A DNA stretch of 64,000 nucleotides, from positions 868,001 through 932,000 of the forward strand of contig JAYWIR010000047.1 in NCBI GenBank assembly GCA_036172245.1. The letters are read 5' to 3'. The notes below the pieces were generated by a model. The model did not search any database and was not told the DNA's origin. It saw only the letters and a program-made list of their open reading frames with translations. A program made the position numbers and the translations under genes. This DNA is from Raillietiella orientalis. Lineage: Eukaryota. Below, piece by piece: positions 25,601-35,976 of the stretch; position 1 is the stretch's first letter, and each line of letters starts with the position of its first letter.

Positions 25601-26236
25601 CCACCGCCGCCCGCCCTGCGCCCAACCCTTCCCAATTGCAGTCCAGCGCCCCCCCCTGCGTCTCCCTTACCCGACGGGGTGACATCCTCCGTAGCGTCGG
25701 AGACGGCGCCGGACCTGGTGCTCCTGGTGGAGGGTGGCCTCCGTGAGGCGACAGAGCTGCTCGCGCGGCTGGACGCCGCCGTGGCTCGGGCCGGACGCTC
25801 CTCCCCCTCTTCGGCCTCTCCTTCACGCCCTCCTCCCGCCCCCCCTCTCCCGCCTCAGAGTACGCCGCTGGCGAATGGAGGCCACTGCGAGCCGCTGGCA
25901 TCTGAAACGCGCCAGTTCGTCACCGCCTCCAAGCTGCTGGTACGCAGCGCCACTGAGAGCGCCGACCAGTTCCGCCACAGTCTGGAGCGCTGCCTGCTGG
26001 TTCTGGGCCGCGTGGTAGCTCACGCGGAGAAGACCGTCGACGGGCCTGGCGGCGGGCGCGCCGTGGCCTCCAAAGTCCGCGAAGTCGCCGCGTGCTTCGT
26101 GACCGTGGTGGAAGCCGCCGGCAACGGATGGGGTCGCGCGATGGACGACCCCTGGATGGGCCGTCTAATGACGGAGGCCTCTGCGCTGGCCACCGCCCTC
26201 ACAGCCCTGCTCAAGGCGCTTCGGACGCCCACCTGA
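19619..26236 (+). CDS. FRMPD4: FERM and PDZ domain-containing protein 4-like (Preso1-like WW-PDZ-FERM scaffold); 5' end lies upstream
   Basis: Hand-spliced exons, all GT-AG: 19619-19738, 19962-20105, 20852-21020, 21112-21231, 21301-21543, 21602-21721, 21799-21935, 22001-22220, 23145-23222, 23639-23743, 23827-23956, 24005-24171, 24235-24475, 24834-25048, 25124-26236 (TGA). The total is 3322 nt plus 2 nt from an upstream phase-2 exon, giving 1108 codons in a continuous frame. Motifs: WW [48 protein letters not shown]...[14 protein letters not shown]; linker KSAILSAAKKAKLK..P.KVRFAE; FERM PNVLKVFLENGQTKAFKYD...CCNDVVQERF; DFLIDLTLLPPP; C-terminal ETRQFVTASKLLVRSATE. The symbol marks the family (FRMPD1/3/4); exact orthology is untested. 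Confidence 0.93.
19683..19995 (+). other. WW domain of the FRMPD4-like protein (split by intron 19739-19961)
   Basis: [30 protein letters not shown] matches the WW consensus LPxGWE..D..G+xYYxNHxxxTTxWxxP, with Y in place of the second W. Confidence 0.9.
20026..21008 (+). other. PDZ domain of the FRMPD4-like protein (two exons)
   Basis: [79 protein letters not shown] contains the GFGF carboxylate-binding loop and the GDxIxxING motif. Confidence 0.92.
21334..23900 (+). other. FERM domain of the FRMPD4-like protein (seven exons)
   Basis: F1 lobe PNVLKVFLENGQTKAFKYDSGT...LRCLLRVAFVPKD; F2 lobe AFEYLYRQCCNDVVQERF...ALRLAALQM...KLHYLKIIGELPSYG; F3-like VVVSPRFGLSHI...AEEFLLVVQGYH. The domain end is approximate. 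Confidence 0.9.
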
Positions 26237-28608
26237 CCTTGCCCTCCCCTTCCTTCCCCCTCGCCCGCCCGCCGCTGTGTCCGCCGGACTCCCCGCGAGA
26301 AGAGCGGCCGTCCGGCCGAGGGAAGGGGAAGAGAAAAGGAAAAAGAGGGGTATCCATTAGCTGCTTTTCGAGGGGCAGTCAAGGGGAGGAGGGAGAGGAG
26401 ACGTGCGGTTTTGGGAGGGGGAAACCGGTGGAAGGGCAGAGGAGAGGAGTCACGGATGGGCAGAACCCACGGACGGCGGAGGAATCTCTCAGTCCTCCCC
26501 TGCGTTTCCTCGCTCCCTGGGACCGCTCTCAAGTGTGGGAAGGGGGGGGGGGTCGCCGTTCTATTGCTTCGGCGGCGGATGAGCAGCTCTTGTCCGAAGG
26601 TGCTTCCGTTCTCCCCCAGAAGCACGTCGAGGGCAGAGACAGGAACGGAACGAGGCCAGGTCAAGGATCACCCTCGCAAAAGGTCCGCAAAAGGGGGAGA
26701 ACTGGATGCGGCTCGCCCCTGCTCTCCGCGGGTAAGGAGCGCGCCAAACGTCCCTCGCGGGCTGCGGCGGAAGAAGGTAGAGGTGGAGACGGAGAGGTTC
26801 TCGAAAATGACCCGGTTCGGCAGCGTTTTTAGATAGAAGTCACAGGCTGCGCCATTCTCCCTTTCAGAAGAGTTCAGCTTCTCTGACCTCGGGACGCTAC
26901 GCCTCCGCGGAGGTGTTTGTCTGGAGGTGAACTCTCCAGTGTCCCTTCCAGTGCTCCTCGGAAGAAGCTGTCCTTGCTCGGCTTCGGCGGGTGTCTAGTG
27001 GAGCTCCCGAGGTCGCTCATCCGTTGCTCCACGCCAGGAAGCATGACTTGCAGCGGCCAGGAGTCTTCAGCCTCGTAGGTCCCAGCAGAAGGCTCGACTG
27101 GGCCTCCTCTCACGCTCTGCCCGCTCTGGTCCGGGAGGGAAAAGAATGCAGCGCCCCATCCCTCTCTGAGACCTCGTACACCCCTGGGAGACGTAAGTCG
27201 CAGAGCGGAATGTCTCCCCACCCTTTTCCTGAGGGAGCGAATTGTCGACCTCGCAGCGGCAGTATGGGAAGTCCTCACCAGTCTCTACCTAGATCTCGAC
27301 GTGGAGGAGGTAGCGAGTCGGAGGAAGGAGGGGTGAGGAGCAGCATCACTACTCTCGGGTGACCTTTGGAGTCCTGGAGACCTCTGGTGAGCTTCCCCCC
27401 TCCCCTCCAACTATGTGTCCCTATGGACCCATGGGAGTGCGGAGGGACACCAAGTACACCCTGGATGCATGTGGCGAGGTTCTCCGCAGAGCGGTGCCCT
27501 CCTGCAAACCTGGTGCTTCATAGTAAAAGACGCAGCTTGCGGAGCTCCGTCGGAAGCCTCTGATCCGGGGGAGAGGAGGAGGTGGAGAATGGCCTGCAAG
27601 CACCTGCAGTCAGAAGGGGTCCTCGAGGGGGAGCAAGGTTTTTCCTGGTCGTTCGCCTCGCGCCTGCTGCATCGCCGAGCAATGCGGGCCGCGGCTACAC
27701 CACAGCGCGAGGAACGCCTCCTCCCACTCGAGTCGAGCGAGGAGAAACGGAGCCGCTCCTCTTCTCGGGTGCACGCGTGGGGAGTGGGGCGATCGCGCCG
27801 CCGCCGCCTCCGACTGTAGTCCGGGTTGCAGCAGACATTCGTTGACTTGCCTCGCGCCCACAGGGCACGCAGAGGAACAGTGTTTCCCGCTCGCGTCGCT
27901 TCGGCTGATCAGGTGTAACTGACCCACCCATCCTCCCGCTTGCTTCCAGCTCACCCTCGTTCTCCTGCGCTTGGTCTCAACTGCCGCGCCCCGGCGGACG
28001 CTCCAGGCACGCGCGTCCGACCTCACGAACTGTCCTCGGCGTTCCCGAGAGCTGCGGGGACACTCCTTGCGCCCTGGTGGAGGTAGCAGCAGAGGCCACC
28101 GGAGGAAGCTCCCTGCGATTTCGACCCTGTGGAGCCGCGTTCTTTTTGCTCTCGTCCCTTTTTCCCCCCTAGAGCTGCCGTCGAACCAGAAACTTCCCAG
28201 GCGACCGGAGGGAGAATCGGCCGCGAGCGTGCATCTCCTTCCTGCGGTTCCTTCCACTCAAGCTCTCCTGGACGCGCAGTCCGGCAACGCTGCCTTAAGA
28301 ACGCCGTCTTCCTCCGGCCTTCACGCATCCAAGGGTCGGAGGGCGCGAAGGAAAAGAAAAGGGGAGGCTGGCGAGGGAGGGGGGACCGGCGGCGGTGGTC
28401 GGAATCTATGTGGACAACGATGACGACGCGGATGACGTGTTCATACCGGAAGAAGAGCGAAGGTCGCCACGCCACGGTCATAGGCGGCGCGTAGTTCCCC
28501 GCGAGACGGGAAAGGAGGAGGGGGGAGGAGAGAAGCGCAAATTTGCTTAAAACGACGGGGACGCGCCTGCCGTCGTATCCGGGGTGCGCCCTCCTTCACG
28601 CGCCAGTC

Positions 28609-28984
28609 ATGACTTGCCCGACCAAACAACGCCGGAGGTGCTCCGAGTGCGCCACCGACGCTTTCGACCTCCTGTGCTTCCTGGACTCGGCCGCCGGCGA
28701 CATTAGGAGACTTCTGGGAGGAGGAGGAGGGTCCCCGAAGGAGGAGAAGCGGGCAGGAAGGAGGATCTCTCGACGGACGCTCGACTGCCGATGGGTCTGC
28801 CATGACATCACGGATCGGACGGCCACTGCCTCCTTGGCCGCCGCCGGACCGCCGCAGTGCTGCTGCTGCTGCGGTAGCGACGCCATCGTCGTCGTCCACC
28901 CTCCCCGATCGCCGACAGAGACGGCGACGGCGGCGCACCACCATCCTTCGTGGACTCTCCTCCCCCGTACCATGGGCGCAGCAG
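28609..28984 (+). CDS. Putative exon 1 of a small gene with a FAM181-like N-terminal helix motif
   Basis: ATG at 28609 is followed by GC3-rich codons for CSECATDAFDLLCFLDSAAGDIRRLL, resembling the FAM181 motif TRDLLSFIDSASSNIKLAL. A phase-1 donor CAG|gtactg lies at 28984/28985. The unspliced ORF would end at 29058. Confidence 0.45.
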
Positions 28985-31900
28985 GTACTGTTGTTCCCTT
29001 TTTTCCCTTTCCTCCTCCTTCTGGAGGAATCTCTCGCGGGGCAAATCCTCGTCAGTGATCGGTTTAGGAGGGCAGCGGGCGGGCAAGGCCGAAGCAGCCA
29101 GCATGTTGCTCCTTGCGGGCTCTTTCTCTGCCTCCGCTCAGAGCTTACACGAAGGCAGCAGGCGGAAGTTTTCCTCTGAATCTTCCTCGTCGTCCACCTC
29201 AAGCTCTTCTGGCTTCCCGGAGAGGTTCCACCCTCCGGGATATTGTCTCCCCTCCTTCCTTCCAAGAAGGACGACGCGGCACTTGCGTCCTCGGAGGAAC
29301 GTGAAGGGGGAACTGGTGTCAGCAATGTCACAAGTGGCACGGTGGCTCTGACCTCCAGGCTTATACGTGGAGAGTGCCCCGCCCCAGCAGCACCTTCTTC
29401 GGCGCTGCTCCCTCCGACTCGTCGTAGTCGGCTTATATGGTTGCTATGGGTACACCACGCTGGGGCGGATCCCTCATGCGCACATGTGGGGGGGGGGGGG
29501 AGACATAACAGCAGGCACCGTGCAGGCGCGTGAGTCCTCCAGAAAGAATAGGTGAGGCGACAGGGAGAGCAAGGGCGCGCGCGGAGTGATCTCGGAAGAA
29601 CAAGGGGCGCAGGTCGACCCCGAAGGAGCACGTTTTGGCCTTCACATGTGTTCGCGTGGTCTCTTCCATTCCACTGCAGTCGTTTGAGAAGATCCCTTGG
29701 CTCCATGGGCGTACGCAGTTCGCGGAAAGCTGCCGAAGGAGAACCGCGTAATGGATGACGGCAGGAGGCGGAACGTTTCCATGGCAGCGCTCTGGGATCT
29801 CCCTGAAGGGCGTCTCCCGGGGGTGGCAGGTTCTTTCTTTCCAAACGGATGCTATCCTCTTGCGCGGGTGCTTTCTTGCCGCCAAAGAAGGTTGGCGGGA
29901 AGGCAGAAACCAGAAGGAGGCCCTTCCTCTTCCGAAACTCTTCCTTCCGGGTCCACGTCTTTCGTGAGCCTCCCGTGGCGGCGAGTGGTGTCCTCAGAAG
30001 TCCCGTTTCCCTCAGTGCCCTCCTTGTCGGCCGGATGAGGAGAGGAGTGTGCGTCCGGGCCCAAGCCTTCATCTTGGCCCTTCTCTCGAGTGCGGGCGGT
30101 TCCGTTTCCGCGGGCGAACTTGGAGCGCGCGCGAGGGTGAAGGAGCAACGTCTTCACGGACTCTGGGCTTCTGCCCTCTTGCAGCCCTTCCGCAAGGGTC
30201 GTCTCCGTCTAGCACGGGGAGCGGCTTCTCGCGCCCTCCAAGCTTCCGGTCGTGCGTCGCCGCGACCGGAGGCTTGCTGGATCTCGGGAGCTTTTGGTCG
30301 CTCACTTCCCGGCCATCGGGAACCTCCGTCCCCTCTCTCTTAACCTCTTTCCCTGAGGTTCTTTCTGCCACCGCGAGGATGTATCCTCGCGGCTGCACCT
30401 CTTGTGGCTCTTCCAGGGAAAGGTTCCTGCCGAGAACTTTCCTTCCATTTCGTCCTGGACCTCTCCCTCAGCTTCCCGAGCATTACAGAAGCTCTGGATT
30501 CTCCTCTGGCTTTTTCTTCATCTTCTCGCCGCTTGACCGATGGCTACCTGGACCTCGTCTCCCTTTCACTTTTCCTCGCCTCGCCGCCATCTGAGGGCCT
30601 TCCGACCCAGGGTCTTTTGCGCCTGTTCCGTGGCGAACTTGAGATCCTTCTTTTCCTCCTCCTCCTTCTCCTCCTGTCTTTCTCTTGCGCCTCACGCATT
30701 CGGGAGGGAAAACCCTCGGTTGCGGTGCTTCTGGATTTGCCGGACTTCGTTCTCCAGCCCCATGAAGGGGGCGTCTCCCAGGCCTCAGGTTGGGGTCCTC
30801 CAGAGAGTCCCCGCGAGCCTCTAAAATCCTTTGAGATGCCGCTCGCTGGAGGACGGAAGGGATCGCCGTCGACGCGACGATGGTCCCGGATGGAAAGTTG
30901 CCCAAGGGCGCGGGCGCGGCTTTGACACAAGGACCATCGGTCGTCTGACGGTGCCAGCGAACGAGCTGAGATCTCAGCGGAATTCTCCGTGACCTTTGGT
31001 GAAATCCCGCGGCAATTTCGGACGGCACCGGAGGTTATGCCTCCTCGGAATGTCACAACCTTTGTCACAGCAGTCAGCTCCAGAGATGCCTTGCGCAACA
31101 GCAAGCTCCAGAGCCGGAGGCCGGCCGAGAACAAGGTGCGACCTACATCGCGGCGCCTTCCCTCGGTTGAGGATAGAACCGGGGAATTGGGGGAAGGTTT
31201 CCATCCCTTCCCCATCTCCAACCGGGACTTCCTCCACCTAGCAATGTCCGCATTTGCTGCCTCTACCAAGGGGGAGACGAGCGCCGGGCACGCACTGCTC
31301 CCAAGGCGGCCATCTGGCAGCGGCACGTGAGCTCTACAGGCATTCCAAGACGTGTTGTCCTTCACCACTTCGCGTAAGGGGGAGAAGCAGAATCGGTCCT
31401 TCGTCCTGGAGCCGGCGTGTACGGACCTCTCTCTGTGGCGCGTCGCACTCCACCTGCTCACAGCGATCATCTTGGAGCTCCCCCTTCCAACTGAGGGACC
31501 GGTCCGTAGCTGCTGGGCGCGGAGGACGCAAAACTTTAACCTCCGATCCGGCTGGCCAGGTTCTCCTGGCTCTGGAGGGGAAGGGCACCTGCCTCTCTCT
31601 CCCCCCTTCATTCTCCCGTTCTTGATCCCTCCAAAGCTCTCACCGTCGGCCACTCCCCCAAGCCATCCGCCCGATTTTGGTGGAGTTCCCGGGAGCTGTT
31701 GCCGTGCTTTGCGGCAGCCACACCGGCGATCCAGGGGAAAAACGACGCCTGTCGGAAGCATGATCTGGGCGCGTTCCACCGGAACATCGGCCCTCCTTGG
31801 CTCGAGGGAATGACCGGCAGCCCTTTTGCCCCTTCAGCTGCGCACAGATACCGTTCCCTTCGTTCTCCGGGTTCAGTCTCTCCCGGAGGTAGGGAACTGT

Positions 31901-32150
31901 GCAGTCGCAGAGGTTCCTCTCTCCCTCCCAGGATGTCCCCGTGAGTTCCCGAACGAAGATCCCCTGTGGAACGACTGGAGACTGTCTTTTATTCCCCTGC
32001 TCGTAGGCTTGAAGCTTCCTCGGGTTTGCGGGACGATGCGGCATTGCAGAGCTCTTTTCGCGGAGGCACCCCCAGACGAATCGGGTCGGGAGTGCTTCCA
32101 GCGCGGCTCGAGACCAATCCACCTGACTTTCCCTCTCTCCCGTTTTCCAG

Positions 32151-32260
32151 GAAGGACCTACTGGGAGGATCTGGAGGAACGCCTGGAGGACGTGAACCAA
32201 ATCGTCCTGCGGGAGCTCCAGGTCACAGACTTCCTCCACAGGAATTGCCTCATCAGCTGA
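32151..32260 (+). CDS. Terminal coding exon of an unidentified gene (probably spliced to the 28609-28984 exon)
   Basis: A branch-like cctgac, a pyrimidine tract and ttccag form a phase-1 acceptor. The exon encodes (G)RTYWEDLEERLEDVNQIVLRELQVTDFLHRNCLIS*, an amphipathic helix in which 29 of 34 counted codons end in G/C, as in the FRMPD4-like exons. Confidence 0.55.
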
Positions 32261-35200
32261 GGGAACGCTGGACCCCTCCCCCCCTTTCCTTCCTTCCCAG
32301 ACCCCACACCTTTGTACACCTGGTTGAATCTATAAAGATGATGACAGTGGTGGTAGTGGTGGTGGCTCCACCGCAGCCGTGGTCACTTCCGGGGGGTTCT
32401 TCTCCGCTTCATTCCGCGCCATGCAGCTCAAGGTGGAGGCGACCATCCCATGGATGCGGGCTGACCTCCCCTTCACCCTCTTCTGCGTTCTTGTCGACAC
32501 GTGGGCTGCGTGCGTAGGCCACCGGCAGCCAGGAAGCGCAGAGACGAATTCCAGGCAGAGGGACCGGATCCCATTTCCATGCTCCCTTCTCCCGGAAATT
32601 CCTCGGTCAGAAGGAAAGAAGAACCACGAGGGTATTCGCTGGCCTCCAGCACCCGACGGATGCTCATGTAAGAGAAGGAAAAATCATGTGAGTTCGACAC
32701 AAAGGTCAAGTCCGTGCCATTCCTCGGCGTGCAGTGGGCCGGAAACCAGAGAAAAGGGGTTAGAGAGCAATGAGGAAGTGGTAGGAAGAGGGAAAGAGGG
32801 CAGGACAGTCGAGAAGACTCTGGGCACGCCGACGGATCCGTTTAGTGTCCTGAAGTCAAGGACCAGACTTCCCTCCATCCATGAAAGAGAGGGTGATGGT
32901 ATCGAGCAGAGGAAGATGACCAGTAGGTCATGGATGGTTCTTTGGATGCCTCGCTGGTCCTCCTGGCCCTTCCCGGAAACGAAAATTGCCCTCCCCTCCA
33001 CTTTCCCTACATCCCGAGGCATCCATGTCAGTGGTAGGGGAATCCGGCGAAACTCTTCGGAAGCGAGGGTTCAGCTAGAGGAAGCTGGATTGTGGACGAC
33101 GTAAGGAAGGTGGGAAGACTTACTTCTCCCCAATGGATCCCACAGTTGCATTTCCTCCCTCTGGAGGAAGAGCTGCAGGGTCTCCTTGAGCCCGAGGTCA
33201 GATTGTGAGGCTTTGACAGAAGTCAGCCGGCTAGGAGAAAAAGGAGGAGGGGATAGGAAGTGGCCTCCGTCTCCCCTAAGGCGCGCGCTGCTCGATGCTC
33301 TCTATGCGCTGCTGATCGGTTGCTACTGCAGAGGCTGTTGCCTTCCTTCGAAGGACGAAACTGGAACGGAGCAGAGGCAGCTGCATTGAGAACGAGGATA
33401 CTCCGATGGCGAGATCGGTGCAGTTGGTTGGAGCTCTTGGCCTAGCTCCCTGACCCAGCATCAGACATCAATCTCTTTCATCTGCGGGCACCTTCCGCGA
33501 GAGAAGCACTGAGCATCTGTGTGCTTGTCTACGACTCAAGAACATCTGGAAAGATAATAAAAATTAACTTCGCAAAAGTGATAAGCACTGTTGTGGGAGG
33601 GAAAGAGGTCGAATTGTGATTTCCTGGTTTGCATTTTCCATAATTCTTGGGCTATTTTGGCCCTAAAAGATAGTAGCGCTGCGTTTACATGTATCTACAG
33701 TTGGAAGTGCCGCATGGAACGAGAGGATGCACCTGAAGCGAATATCTCCACGTTTAAACGCGGATCCAGTTAAATTTTTCCCAACTGTGCAGCAGCCAGA
33801 CCCTGGGCACGGCCAACTGGGTCAGTTGGGCCAGCAGGATCAGTGACAAACGATGGTGTCGCCGTGCGCTTTAATTTGACTGACACCTAACCCAAACAGC
33901 TATCCCAGGGCTGAAAGTGAAACGTGTTTCACTTTCAGCGTACACGTCGTGAATGCCCATCCTTTATTCTCTGAAAAGTGTCACGAAATGCAGAAGCCCT
34001 TAGTGTGGGATTTCCCTCAGCATGACGGAAGGGACGAGCAAGTTTCCGATCGCACACATGTGTACACGTGACTCATAAGCATTCACGCACAAGTCAGCTG
34101 GCATGAAGTTGGATTGCACTGTTCATATGTTTGTCTGTGGTAGGATGTGCGCGAAGACACCGAAGAACACGCGTATTTCTTTATAGGAAAGCCTACAGGG
34201 CAATTCGTTGAGAAGTACTTGGTTTTATGTTTCCAATTCCACAGACCTCGAGCTAAAGAACTTTCCTGGTGTCAGTCCTAAAATGCATCAGCTACTTGAC
34301 GTAGTTTGCTGTGGGCCCGCGCTGGAAACCTAGCTGTTCTTCGGAGTACCTATTTTTCCCAGGCGTCCAGGCCATGTTCCGTTCGTGCACGGCGATGAAA
34401 GAAACGGAGGTGCAGCAGAAGGTCCAGCGAGAGTAAGCCGCAGAAATGCTCTTTCCGTTCGTGGCCGTTAAGACATGCACGCTTCCCTTGAAGCTCTTCG
34501 GGAACCCGAACTGCACAACAAATGTTCTGGATTGATGCTCAGTTTCAGAGATAGTCACTGTACCCAACTGCTGCTACCTCCCCCCCCCCCCTTCTCTGCA
34601 TCCAACTCGCCAGATGAAAGAGCCATTTGATCTTTTCAGCATGCCAAAATGAGCTCATTTCGAAGACAAGAAAATACGTTTTCCTTTCTCGCCTTAGATG
34701 CAGCAGTGGATGTTGTTGTTTCTCGGTGCAAATAAGTGCACAGGAAGAGTGCCTCCCATGTACGGTTGAACATTCCGAAAAGTAAGCAATGCCAGATGCA
34801 CAGTAGCAGTTTTTGCTTTAAGCCAGATAATTCCCGTTGTCTCTCCCATGTCCTCGTTTCCTGTGTGAATCACGTTTGGCTTTTGGGAAACCGCTGTGGC
34901 GTGCGCACGATCAAACGCTAACAGCCAGCTTATACCTTCGTTTCTCAGCCGACAAAAGTCGGGCCAAAGGAGGTGCCCACCTCCACCTCCCTGAAACTCC
35001 ACGGGAAGGAATGGCTCCCAGTTTGGGGATCCTCGAACAGGGGGGAACACGGCTTTCCGCGAAAGCAGGGTGCTCGCAACGGACTACAAAAGGAGGAGCA
35101 CGGACGCAGTGTACAATAGCCATTGTTTTACGCGTACCGCCTGCGTTCACGTGTATTGCCAACTTCTCACGCGAAACTGCTTGAACTTGTTCCTTCTTCC

Positions 35201-35775
35201 CGAAGTCGTTCCAGGGACCATTTTACTGTTTCAAACTTCTTCTTGAGCTCGTCTGAGCGTGTAGAACTTCGTTTCTTAGCATTCTCGGCTGCTCCCGCTA
35301 ATGCTCGACGCGCACACAGCGTGAGGCGTGCAACTCGCACGGAGACGCCGAGATGCGCGTGAAATTTGGCTCCCCGATTTCACGTGCACAGCACTTTTTG
35401 CAATGACATACAACGAATTTAACTATGAGCTCTTTATTCACCCAATTTCTTTCTCGTTTCGAAAAGATAACGATGGAATATTTTTATAAAGTCTAAACTT
35501 GAGGTGATCTGCAGAAACCAAGCAATACATCATTCGATGAACTTCAATGTACAACCAAACATAACATCAACCAAAGTTAACGCTCAGTGTTCAAGGAAAC
35601 AACAACAAAAAGAAAGGTGGGGGCGATTCGTACTGATGATTTCTTACAGGGCAAAAATCCACTGTTGAGCGCAGGTGCAGGTATTTTTGCAACTGCAGTG
35701 CAACTCTTCAAGGCGGCTCTTTGGAATCACAAGCATACGGGGATGTCTATAACATTAATTTACTTGCTGTATCGA

Positions 35776-35781
35776 TTTATT
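35776..35781 (-). promoter_or_regulatory. Candidate polyadenylation signal (AATAAA) of the Pat1-like gene
   Basis: TTTATT on the + strand, about 200 nt downstream of the stop codon at 35977. Confidence 0.35.
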
Positions 35782-35976
35782 TAGGTATTTATGTGTTTGG
35801 GATGAAAATTGAGGATATTGCAAGCTCATATCAAAGAAAAGTGGGAACAGCAAAAATTGAGAAAAGAGGGGTGGGGGTGGGAACTAAATGTTGCACATGG
35901 CCAAACAGATGCACCCGCAGGTTAAACAGATAAGTAAAGTATCTTATTAAAGATACAGCTGCAGAAGCCACCATCA

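Noticed and set aside
28441..30072. 543-aa minus-strand ORF, the longest in the track
   Set aside because: Its composition reflects GC bias, it has no motifs, and it is partly the antisense shadow of the 28609 exon.
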